A stretch of 64,000 bases of DNA from Microbotryum violaceum (taxonomy: Eukaryota). Each line of letters starts with the position of its first letter. Positions within the stretch are counted from its first letter, which is position 1. Below, piece by piece: positions 12,874 through 23,792 of the stretch. Where the stretch lies: positions 2,480,001 through 2,544,000 of the forward strand of contig CDLV01000007.1 of the NCBI GenBank assembly GCA_001244265.2, written 5' to 3'. The notes beneath the pieces were generated by a model that worked only from the letters and a program-made list of their open reading frames with translations, searched no databases and was not told where the DNA came from. The position numbers and the translations under genes are program-made.

Positions 12874-13216
12874 TCTCGTTCTCTCGCCTTTCCGGAGGCC
12901 TTGACATGCCGCGAATAGGAATTTCTTGGAGGTTCGGAGTTTCTCCGGTCGCTTTGAACAAACAAATGTCGTTAATCGCAGTCTTTTTGTGATATTATAC
13001 TTTCAATTACCCTTCTGTCAACCTATTCACTCTTCTTCGCTTGATACCTATGCGGCAAGCTTTGCGTGGTCTGCTTCTAACCGGGATTCGCGGCCGGTTC
13101 GATGACACTCCGGCGTCAGCCCGAGGGCCTGATAATTAACGCACCCCGCTCCGGCGAAGGTCTTCCTGCCACTAATCGGTGTTGAAGGTGTTAGTAGACG
13201 TTGCACTGATATCAGG

Positions 13217-13288
13217 GGCCGGATAGCTTAGTGGTCAAAGCTTTTCCGATTAATGGAAGCAACCCTGGTCCGACTCCTGGTCCAGCCG
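13217..13288 (+). pseudogene. Degenerate tRNA-like sequence (pseudo-tRNA or tRNA-derived SINE head)
   Basis: 72-nt cloverleaf: acceptor GGCCGGA/TCCAGCC (1 mismatch), A-box TAGCTTAGTGG, D stem GCTT/AAGC, anticodon stem TTTCC/GGAAG, B-box-like GGTCCGACTCC. The anticodon loop (GATTAAT) and T arm are non-canonical. Confidence 0.65.
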
Positions 13289-14674
13289 TTCTTATTCTTT
13301 TGTTGATCATTTTCGGGATCATCGTTGATTCCAACAATCGGCAGGGGTTTCGGGAGCCGGGAGTGAGGCATTTCTCGATTTGATGATGCTTCCCTTTGCC
13401 ACTCGGCGACCCTGGTGACTGACATTGCCACATGTTCGATGCTAGGGACTAAAAAGAGCTGAACGAGTCAGCTCCCAGCGAGAACGGTCACGGCCCGAGC
13501 TCCCTGTCGAACTTTGGGGATCTGGACGTGGTCCGGGGGAAGAAGTGTGAGTGATATCGACCTCGAAAAGCCTTCCACTGCAAGCCTTGGCTGACACCCA
13601 CTATGCGCTCTCGGCCTTGTGTTTAGGGTTGGAAGAGGGAACTATGGGCTTTATGACTCTGGTGGAGAAGTCACAAGGGTAGCATCTTCTGCTGGTGAGG
13701 CTCACATGATGTGGAAGTAGTATGGTGAGTCAGGTTGTGCGTCGCACAGGGGGGTTTTGAAGTCCACTGCACTTGAGACTCGACCTCGAGGCTCGATCAT
13801 CATTATCATCATCCTCATTCACGAACATCGTCATCGTAATCCATCATCATCGTCGATATGCATCATAGTGATGGCTATCGCATACTTTGCTGTTGTACAT
13901 CAGGTCATCTCTCAACCTTCATTGAATACTCAGGCTGGTGGACCATGTGCCAGACATTCGATCTTGCAAGCGGAGACGAATCCGTTGGCTCACGCGCGCA
14001 CACGCGCGCCTAGGGGGATTTTATGGTTTTTATCTGCGCTTGTCTCTCTTTTGTCCACGATTTGTCGTAGACTTTTGACGGCCCCACCCTGCTCCAACCA
14101 GCCAGGGCTGAGCGGCTCGCCGTACGGATTGCAAGTTACCCGTTTCCCAGCTTCCCACCCACGTTGCGTCGAGGAAGCGAGTCCCTTCCCCCTTCTTGTA
14201 CATCCCTCCCTCAACCCCGTTCGCGTGCTACTCGACTCGACGTGGTGCACGGGACCAGAGTTAGGACGCTTTCGATCTTCGCTTGATTGTATCGCTTCCC
14301 CGCCCCGCTCGCGCCGTGGTGACGATTCGGACTTTGTGCCGTCGTGTGGTGATCACGACGACGACGACGGGCTAGTGTGTGCACGAGTGTGTGAGGAGTC
14401 AGGAGACGGTCTACTCGAACAGAGATTCAGACGACGAACCATCACGACCCAAGTGACGTCTCGAAAACCCGAGACGACGACGACGGCAGCTGCTACGACG
14501 ACGACGACGACGGTGCCCGCATCCCCTGTCCCCGCCTCGCGCCGACTGCCACCACTCATCCAACTCAGGGACAAGAACAAGGCCCAATTTACGACCGGCT
14601 CCTCCTCACGCCCCCACACGCCCAAGTCGCACACCCCGACGCAGAACATCAACGCCTACGCGGTACCGCCGGCC

Positions 14675-17100
14675 ATGTCGACCCAACACATCGTCTCGAG
14701 TTCGAGCGCGAGTTCACACCAACACCGTGGCACTGACGGCGGCGTCGTCGGCGTGCACTACCGCGTCCTGCGCAAGATCGGAGAGGGTAGTTTCGGTGTC
14801 ATCTTTGAAGGTTAGTCAGCGGGTTGCGATCGCTGCTGGGATGCCCCGAGGGGAGGTAGGCTTGGTCTAGATGGGTCTGGCTCTGGCGTGCTGGCTTGTC
14901 TGGCATGGCTGTTGGCGGACTAGCGGACTCGCTGCTGGCTTGGGCTCTCCACTCACGCCCATACTCGACTCGGCGGGTCGTTCCCTTGTCCGCACGCCTG
15001 CGCACGCGCATCCACCCACCCACCCACTACGCCCGTCGCCCGTCGCCCGTCGCCCGTAACCCGTAACCCGTAACCCGTAACCCGTCGCCCGCGCTTGCCT
15101 CGCCCGCCGACCAGATGTTGGTCGATCGCCCGCTCGCAACGTTGAATCTGACACCCCCGCGTTACTACTCGCACATTGCACAGGCACGAACCTGCTCAAC
15201 TCGCAGACCGTAGCTATCAAATTCGTGAGTCATTGCAACAGCTCTTGGCGGGATCTTTGTGCTTCGAATGCGATCGACAGCAGCAACGGCGGCATGCTCG
15301 TAGTGTGGCACCCCGCGGCATCAGGGCGGCATAGAGGCGCCGCGAGGAGGCGCGCGCCCAGCCAGGGTCGACGTCGGATCAGCAGCAGCTCGAGCTCGAC
15401 CGACGTGGAACCCCTCCGCCAAGACTGGGCCGACCAATTTGTCGATCCTTACGAATCAATCAGACTGACCTACCTTGTCACTCTGTGTGCATGTGGTCCG
15501 ACAGGAACCAAGAAAGAGTGATGCGCCGCAGTTGAGAGATGAATACAGGACATACAAGATCCTCGCCGGCTCGCGTGCGTATTCCCCCTCGTCTCGTCGA
15601 TCTCGAATGGTCAAACCTCGGACTAGAGAAACTGACACGTGTGATCGTTCCCATGTATCTTCTACCCCACAACAATCGACTACGGCCTGCACCTCCACCG
15701 CGCGCCATGTTCGCCCTGCGTCGACGTTTCCTGCACAGCCGGAGTCCCCCAGGTGTACTATTTTGGCCAAGAAGGCCTGCACAACATCCTCGTCATCGAT
15801 CTGCTCGGCCCTTCGCTCGAGGACCTGTTCGACATGTGCGGGCGCAAGTTCTCGATCAAGACGGTGGTGATGACGGCGAAGCAGATGCTCACGCGCGTGC
15901 AGACGATCCACGAGAAGAACCTCATCTACCGCGACATTAAGCCCGACAACTTCTTGATCGGTCGCCCCGGAACGAAGACGGCCAATACGGTCCATGTCGT
16001 TGATTTCGGAATGGCGAAGCAGTACCGCGATCCGAAAACGAAGCAGCATATCCCTTATAGGGAGAGGAAGAGTCTGTCCGGTACGGCCAGGTACATGTCG
16101 ATCAATACTCATCTGGGACGAGGTGAGTTGTATAAAACTGTGCCGGAGCAGTTGGTGGTGAGGAAGGTGAGCTGATTCGGATGCACACCCCGCAGAGCAA
16201 TCTCGCCGAGACGACCTCGAGGCTCTGGGGCACGTGTTCATGTACTTCTTGCGGGGCGGTTTGCCGTGGCAGGGGCTCAAGGCGGCGACGAACAAGCAAA
16301 AGTACGAAAAGATTGGCGAGAAGAAGCAGTCGACGCCGATCAAGGAGCTCGCCGACGGGTTCCCCGAAGAGTTCGCCATCTACCTCAACTACGTGCGCAA
16401 GCTCGGTTTCGAGGAGACGCCCGATTACGACTTTTTGCGAGAGTTGTTTACCAAGGTGTTGAAGAACTCGGGCGAGGCCGAGGATGGGATGTACGATTGG
16501 ATGATGCTCAACAATGGCAAAGGGTGGGAAGCCGGGCAGACCTCGTCGTCTTTGCTCGCACAGGCCGGAAACAACGCTGCCTACGACAACCGCCACCACC
16601 GACAGCCGCGAGATCGCGAGAGGGAGCGCGAGCGAGCCGAACGACATGCCCAACGAGCCGCCGCTGCCGCTGCTGCTGCGGCGGGGACATCAGGGAATAT
16701 TGCGAATTCGCCTGCGTTGGCGGCGAAGCGACAAAATTCGGGCTCGGCGACGCCGGTACCAAACTCCTCGGCCATGGCCGTCAAGGGTGTGCCTTCCCCG
16801 GCTGGAGCGGCGACGACCGACCGTGGGGATCGACAGGCCAAGCGGAGCTCGGCAGGGGCGGCGCAGACGCACCCTTATGCGTCGCATAACCAAGCTGCTG
16901 GAGGGTACGAGCGCAACGATTCGGATTACGAGGCGAGAGGGTATCGGTCCGGCCAACAGACGCCGGCGAACCAAGGGATGTCGTCGCAGAACATTGGGGG
17001 AGCGACGGGCAACGCCAACACTGCCGCTTACGACGACGAGGATCGTCTTGACAAAGGGGGCTTTTCGATCATGAAGCTCTTGACATGCCGGTGTGCTTGA
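14675..17100 (+). CDS. YCK2: Casein kinase I, membrane-anchored Yck/Cki type, 5 exons
   Basis: Motifs [62 protein letters not shown] and LPWQGLKA. The C-terminal LLTCRCA Cys motif fits lipidation. The start may lie further upstream. Confidence 0.93.
15031..15090 (+). repeat. Heptamer tandem repeat (CCCGTCG)/(CCCGTAA) in CK1 intron 1
   Basis: Directly visible: three GCCCGTC-type units, then (CCCGTAA)x4, then CCCGTCG. Confidence 0.85.
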
Positions 17101-18085
17101 AAGGGCTAGGCTAAGGACCGACTTTTCTACCACCCCTCCCTAATCATATTCGTCATCATTCTTTACGGCTCGTCGTTTTATCTATATCCTCCCCGACCCC
17201 GACCTGTACAGAACCCCGCCGAATGCATTTTTGCACTTTTCTCGTCTTCGCTTATTTTGTGCGAACCTCGACCTACCTCGGCGTTCTGCTTCCCTCTCTT
17301 CGTCAGCAACCATGCGAGCTTCATCGACGTCTTAAGAATCACCATCTCTAATCCGTTCCCGTCCCGTTCCGCAAGATACCCCAAACCCGCACGATCGCGT
17401 GACTTGACCCTCTCCGCCCATTTAAAGCTTTTACTCTCTTCCTCCGCGGTCTTTGTTCTGCGTCAATGCAGTTTTTTTTTCTCTACCACCTCGTGTTTCT
17501 GCTCCCCCCCTCGCCCTTCATGAGCCGTAAATGCGCGAACTCTCCCCCTCCTCCCCCCCCCCCCCCCCTCTCACGTCTTTCTGTTTCCCCTGCTCGAACT
17601 CGTACGCTTCCATCTTCTCCCGTCCCCTCCCCCCTCCCTTTCTTCTCTCTGGTGCAATCGAAACCCCCACCCTACGCTATAGTTTACACTCTTTGTTTTT
17701 TAAAAAAAAACCTCTCAATCTTGGGGGCGTGAGGGCGTGCTACAGTCGGCTTTTAGCTGGTTTCTTTTGAATTGCAGAGGGACGAAGAAGGAAGGAAGTG
17801 GCAGTGTGCGCAACCGGTTACACGAGAAAAGAAAACGAGAAAACGAGAACGAGTTAAGAAGGAAGGAGTATAAGGAGAAAGTTACAGAGAAAGTAGGACA
17901 GTGAGAGTAGTATCTAGATGGGTGTAGTAGGTAGTAGGAACAATCATGTTGATGTAGGATCCCGGAGTAAGGGGGTCGATAGTAGGTACATGGGTCGGGT
18001 TGGGGAGTGTAGTGTCCTTGGGTGCGTGTGTGTGCGCGATAATGCAGCAATTTTTTTTAATATCTAAGCGGTGTTGGCTTCGACA

Positions 18086-18479
18086 TCAGGTTAAGCTGCG
18101 TCGTGTGTTCGTCTCGATATCCGGTTGAGTATCCTCGCTGATAACGCTCCTCTTCCTGTTCGCCTCCACGTCCAGTTTCAACCGAGTATCCTCGCTGATA
18201 AAGCTCCTCTTGTTGTTCGACCGGCCGAGTTCGGACAAGAGGCCCGAGATGTCCTGAATTTGTTTTTTTTTGGGGGGGGGGGGGGGGGGGGGGTGTGACA
18301 CGAATATCAAGGGATGTGACTCAGTATGCAGGTTCGTCAGAAAAAGGAGTATGGGGTGAAAGCAGCTTACGGATTGTGAGAGAGGGCACGCGAGGGAGGT
18401 AGAGGAGGAGAACCTACGAGCAAATAAAGCACATATCGAATCAGTCTCCCTCCCCCCATCGCGAAGACAAGACACACAA

Positions 18480-18517
<38 letters not shown>

Positions 18518-19877
18518 AGACCTACGAAGGACTGATCTTGATCCCCACCACTTTGAAGGTCAGTCGAATCTTATAATTGACCGTGATTTCCGTATTTGAA
18601 ACCGAAGACGAGGTGTTGTAGAACCCACATCTCGTGGCGATATCGCGCAGGACGACGAGGTCCAAATCGTACGCGGTCGTATAGTTGACGTCAAAGGGGA
18701 AGCGGATGGTGGTGCTATTTTCGGAGGGAGGGAAGGAGGGTGATTTAGTTTTTGAAAGGGTTTGCGGGGGTGGTTAAATGGGGTGTAGGGTCTTACTTGG
18801 AGTCTTTTTTAATCTCGACGCCGTCGAGCGTTCCTCCGCCGAACGCGGTGGAGGGCTTGAGAGGGTGGTAGGCATCGGCTTGAATGCGGTCAAAGGTCAC
18901 TCCAAAAACTGAGTATGAACAAACTCCATCGGGGTGTCAGTATACGTCCATTCTCGGTCGAACTTTGTGAAGCAGGTCACTCACAGTTGGGGTTGAGCAC
19001 ACCGATCTTACGTGTACATCAGGGGCCATGAAAGCGTTCAGCTGGGTGCCTATTCCAAACTCAGTGCAGAGCCACTCGAGTTCAAACACTAACTTTGAGC
19101 TTGAAATTGATCAAGAACCCATCGCCGGTGACGGTGACTTCTTGGCCGTTCGAGGGGAGTTCGATTCCATTGAAGGAGACCGCAGGTGGTCGAGTCCATA
19201 CTGCGCATGGGAATCCGAATCCGAATCGGGGGATTTGAATAAGCTCGGCGCTTCTCAAAAACACATGAAGACGGTCCGAATGAGACCCCAGCCCACGCAA
19301 GCAGGCAAACAAATACGTACATAGGAACGAGGTGACCACTCCAACGAGGATGATAATGAACATGAGGACGATACAGCACACGACGCGGCAACAGGCTCGC
19401 CCCTTTCCACCGCGGGTGAAGGTCCCCTTGTGTTCGTCCGTTCGCCACTGTCGCAGCCCTTCCTTTTTGGGGATCTGCCCTTCGGCTGCCATCTGTGGTG
19501 GCAGGAAGTTGATATTAAAAGTCCGAGACTAAATTCGAAAGCTGGTGTCTCCCAGTGTGACTGACCTGAGCGGCAATGGACCCCCTCGTAACGGTATTGA
19601 ACCCCTTTTCGTACTCGAACGCGTCGCCCCCTGCGGTCGCGGTTGTCGCACCCTGCGCCGGCGCACGAGGAGGGTACGTCGTCGTCGCATCATGCTGATT
19701 CCTCCCTCCGGAAATGGGGTGATCGCGCCCTACGAAAGAGGCATCGGAGAAGGTCGAGTCGGCGTGTTGGTGGTGGACTTGGGCTGGAGGGTGGGTCGCG
19801 TAAGGGTTGTGGTAGGCTTGTGGGGCGTAGTACGGGTCTGAAGGGGCGTGAGGGTCGTAGTGGTTGAGGTAGGACAT
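18086..19877 (-). CDS. Single-pass membrane protein, LEA_2/NDR1-HIN1-like, multi-exon
   Basis: Pro/Tyr/His-rich N-terminus, then FTRGGKGRACCRVVCC, a TM segment, WTRPPAVSFNG, V.NPNFF.VTFD.I.A and F.FDVNY. GT-AG introns join the ORF fragments. Confidence 0.65.
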
Positions 19878-20662
19878 GGTGGGATGCTGAAAGAGTGAGT
19901 GGGGGAGTTTCCTGAGGCGAGCACCGGAGTTGGGTGTCGAGTGGAGCGGAGGCGATGCAGATCAGCGCTGAGCGATAACCGACCGCCAACGCCGATCGAT
20001 GGGTTGGGAGGGAGCAGCCCAGCTAGCTGATCCTAATATTTGTCCACTGACGAGTTCGTGTGTGGTGGTGGTGGTGGTGTAGGATCAGGTTGCGCAGAGA
20101 GCGAGAGCGCAGTCGAGCAAGCATCGATAATATCGATAATATTAGACCCCAGCTGCGTAACGCGCTGTCCAATTTGAGCTTGGACCACCACCACCTCCCA
20201 AGCGTGCCTGAGCGAGTGAGCGATTAGAGATCGCGCTAATGCCATCTCTAATTGCCTTTTGACGGCTGAGGAGGCCTCGAGGCGCGCGCCTGCCACAGCC
20301 TGAGGCTTCAGCACGGCTTCTGTGCTCGCGGCTGGCTCGACTCGATCGATTGCGCTCCCAACATTTTGAGGTGACATTTTGACCATTTTGAGCTTGCACT
20401 GACTGTACTGCCCACGTCTGCCACGTCTGCACTAGTACATCACGCCCACACTCAACTGAGGCGCACATCGCCGCACACGATCCAGTACCACTCGTGACTG
20501 TTGGCTGTTGCCCACCACCGTGCATCTGAATCCATCTGTTGACCAGTCACGATCTCGAGCACACAACCGCGACCACGACACGTCAACGCCTCGCCTCGCC
20601 TCGCTCGGGTACTCACTCCGAGCCCACCCACCCGCTCACCTGCTAGCTAGAGCAATCGCAAC

Positions 20663-22185
20663 AGTAAGCCATGCTCACCGTCTCCATCTTTTTCTCGCCA
20701 TCAGTCCTGACTGGCCCTTCACCGCCTTGCCACAGTGTACGGCTCGGGCTCAGGCGCGCGTTCCCCGCCGCCGTTGCAGCATCCACGCCCCAAGCACCCG
20801 CCTTCCCAGATCCCGTCGACCTCACCACCCCCACCCGACTTTCTCCCCAACGACTCGCGCTCCTACCAACGCTTCTCCTCTCCTCCCATTCATCACCAAC
20901 TCGCGCCGCCGCCGCCACAACAGCAGCAGCAACAGCAAGGAGGTGGGCCCGCATACTACGCCGCAGGAGGCGGAGCTTCCGGTTCTTCAAGGAATATCCC
21001 ACACCAAGGAGGAGGAGCACACTATGGCCACCCACTGCAACAACAGTGGTCACCTCAACAATCCCACGCACAGGGCTACCCCGACGCCTACATCCCTTCA
21101 GGTCACCAAGGACCGACCACGAGCCACTCGGCTTACTCGGCCCATTCCCAAACCCCACCATCACAGCAGCAACAGCAACAACCACCTCCATTCGCAGCCG
21201 CTGGTCGAGCAGAAGGCGGTGGCGGTGGTGGTAATTGGCTCTCGGGTGGGATCGGTCAAGCTGTCGGTGCGGGTGGGCAGGGAGGTATGCCTTCCTGGCC
21301 CGGGATGAACGACGCCACCACCGCGATGGGCGTCCAGTTCGGTAAACACGCTTTCGGTGCTGGTCAAGCCTACCTCGACAAGAATTTTACCCGTCTCTTA
21401 CCGTTGGCGCATCTCAAGCACTCGTTCAACGTATCCAACAGCTACGTCCTGCAAAAACTACGTCTCGTCCTGTGGCCATGGCGACATCGTCCTTGGTCGC
21501 GTTCGCTCAAGCGCTCCGAAAGTTCCGGCGTCGCCGAGGGTTGGAAACCCCCTCGCGACGACATCAACTGCCCCGATCTTTACATCCCCGTCATGAGCGT
21601 CGTGACCTACATCCTCCTCTCCGCCATCATCGCCGGAAAGCAAGGGCAATTCGATCCGCGGATCGTCGGACAAACCGCCTCGAAATCGTTCGGAATCCTC
21701 GTGCTCGAATTCATTTGCATCAAATTGGGGTGTTACCTTTTGGGAATAGGGGAGGAGGGTACGGTCGTGGATATGCTTTCGTACGAAGGGTACAAGTTCG
21801 TCGGGGTTATTGTCACGCTTTTGGCGGGCTTGGTCGGGTTGAAGGGGTGGTCGTATTGGAGCGTGTTTGGCTATGTGTTTTTGGCCAACTTTTTCTTCCA
21901 GGTTAGTGATCACCCCGCCCCATAACCCTCCCCAGCGATCTAAAGCTAACGATTCTAGTTTCTGCCATCCAGCTCCGTTCCCTGCGGCACATCGTCCTGC
22001 CCGACCCGAACAACATGACCACGCCGATGGATTTTGTGGACCAATCCACTTCGTCGTCGAATCATTCGATGGGGATGGGCACCTCCACCGGCGTTTCGCA
22101 CGGTCAGAGGTCGAGGAGGATTCAGTTCCTTTTTGTGGTCGCGGCTTTACAGGGAGTTTCGATGGTTGTTTTGGTGCATTTCTGA
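20663..22185 (+). CDS. YIF1: YIF1/Hrf1 family ER-Golgi transport protein
   Basis: Motifs LKHSFNVSNSYVLQKLRLVLWPW, PPRDDINCPDLYIPVMSVVTYIL, GYKFVG and LRSLRHIVLP. The start ATG appears split by an intron at 20664-20735. Confidence 0.93.
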
Positions 22186-22770
22186 ATGGGGGGTTGTTGG
22201 GGGAAGTTTGGTGGAGGGGAAGGAGGATACGGTTAGAAGGAGGGATTTGAGACGAGTGGCGCGCGAGGAGGCCGAGAGACCAGGATAGGGAGGTGGTTGT
22301 GGACGAGGGTTGCGTGAGGAATGAAATGATATTGATTATATTACCGCCAACAAATTCAAAGAACGTATCTCGAGGTTTTTTGTTTCCTGCGTCAGTCCCA
22401 CCCCGAAACAAAGTGTTGAGCGCTGGCTCGGCCTCCCAAAGAAAAGCAGATTATCACGCTCAAAGCTAGCGAAAAGCGCAGGCCGGAATCACCCAGCCGA
22501 ATCATCCGAGCTGACGTGGCTTCTTTTCTCTAGCGAAATCTGGAGATTTTATATAAAGAAGAGGGTTCGTAAACACTGATGAACAAGGATAATCCTAGTC
22601 GGGACCCTAATCTGATGGGTTAAGGAAAATTGATGAACCCCGGACAGAAGTGCAAGTCGTCGCCCCTTCCCCCCCCCCCCCCCCCCCACCGGCAACGCTT
22701 GTCGTTTCGATCTCTTACTCCACAAGAACTCGATTCGATCACGTCCGACACTTCTCGCTCCGACACTTTG

Positions 22771-23655
22771 ATGGCTAAATCGAAGGGAAAGGGGACGCGG
22801 GCCAAGTCTGAACCAACACCAACACCAACATCACCACCACCCAACAAGCTACACACACCAACAGCAGCAGCAGTAGCAGCAGCGCCGCGCGAAGACGCTG
22901 AACGCGTTGGGGGCGACGACGGCAACATGCCAACGTCAACGCCAACGCCTCGGCCCACGATCGGCGACGCGCGAGTTTCGGCCGTGGTCGATGCCGTGCC
23001 TACGTTGGAAGCGACGAACAGCGCGGCGTCGCAGGTCGAAAAGAATGCGATGAGGGGATTTAAAGTGCCGAGTGGGATGACAGTGCCTCTGGATCGCGAG
23101 CAGGAGCAGGAAAAGGAGCAGGAACAGGCCTCGGTGGTGGAGGATGAGCCGAGTGCTGCTGAGTTGGACCCGACAACGACGTCGACAACGAGCTCGAGCT
23201 CGAGCGCGACAGAGTTGGCCGCCGCGCCACCCCACGCCGACGTGGAGCCTGAGCCGAGCGCCGTCACAGCAACCCCAGTCGCGGCGGCGCCCTCGACGAC
23301 GACGACGACGACTCCGACTCCGACTCCGACCTCGTTCTCGTCTTCGCCCTCGACGACCCGCACGCTCAAACACCTCACCTTTGACGACAGTGTGACCTTT
23401 GCACCGGCTTCGAGACAGTTACCGACTTCGAGTTCGAACCTTTCGACCAGCCCTGAACGCACGAGTCGATCGGCGGCCCGAAGAGGCTCCTCCTCCCTGT
23501 CGTCGCCGTCCAAGACGAACCATCCCGTCGCCTCGACCTCGCCGGCGCCGCACCCCAACACCTCCGCTTCCACTTCGACCTCGACCTCCCCGCGTCGCTC
23601 CTCCTCCTCTTCTCCACCACCCCTACCTCACCCAATAAGAAACGAGCCTCGTTGA
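22771..23655 (+). CDS. Ser/Thr/Pro-rich ORF overlapping the GPAT reading frame; probable frameshifted N-terminal extension of GPAT
   Basis: ATG-initiated 294-aa low-complexity ORF (MAKSKGKG...). It stops inside a -1 frame that is already open and leads into GPAT. Confidence 0.45.
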   Translation: MAKSKGKGTRAKSEPTPTPTSPPPNKLHTPTAAAVAAAPREDAERVGGDDGNMPTSTPTPRPTIGDARVSAVVDAVPTLEATNSAASQVEKNAMRGFKVPSGMTVPLDREQEQEKEQEQASVVEDEPSAAELDPTTTSTTSSSSSATELAAAPPHADVEPEPSAVTATPVAAAPSTTTTTTPTPTPTSFSSSPSTTRTLKHLTFDDSVTFAPASRQLPTSSSNLSTSPERTSRSAARRGSSSLSSPSKTNHPVASTSPAPHPNTSASTSTSTSPRRSSSSSPPPLPHPIRNEPR

Positions 23656-23792
23656 CGCACACCCGCCAGGACCTGCGCCAAGTGCTCAAGGTGCTGATCG
23701 TCGTCGTCCCTTCCTCGCTCCGTCGACTACTGCGCTTATTGGTCCCCCCACCTCTGCGCCGCTTCGCCTCGTTCCTCCTCTCGCGTATCGCC

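Noticed and set aside
13217-13288. Functional ochre-suppressor tRNA (TTA anticodon)
   Set aside because: Lacks U33, has TCC instead of TTC in the T loop, and has mismatches in the acceptor and T stems.
18481-18514. A34 tract as a retroposon tail (also several poly-C/G runs elsewhere)
   Set aside because: It lies in an intron as sense poly-T, with no TSD or element body; homopolymers are common in this window.
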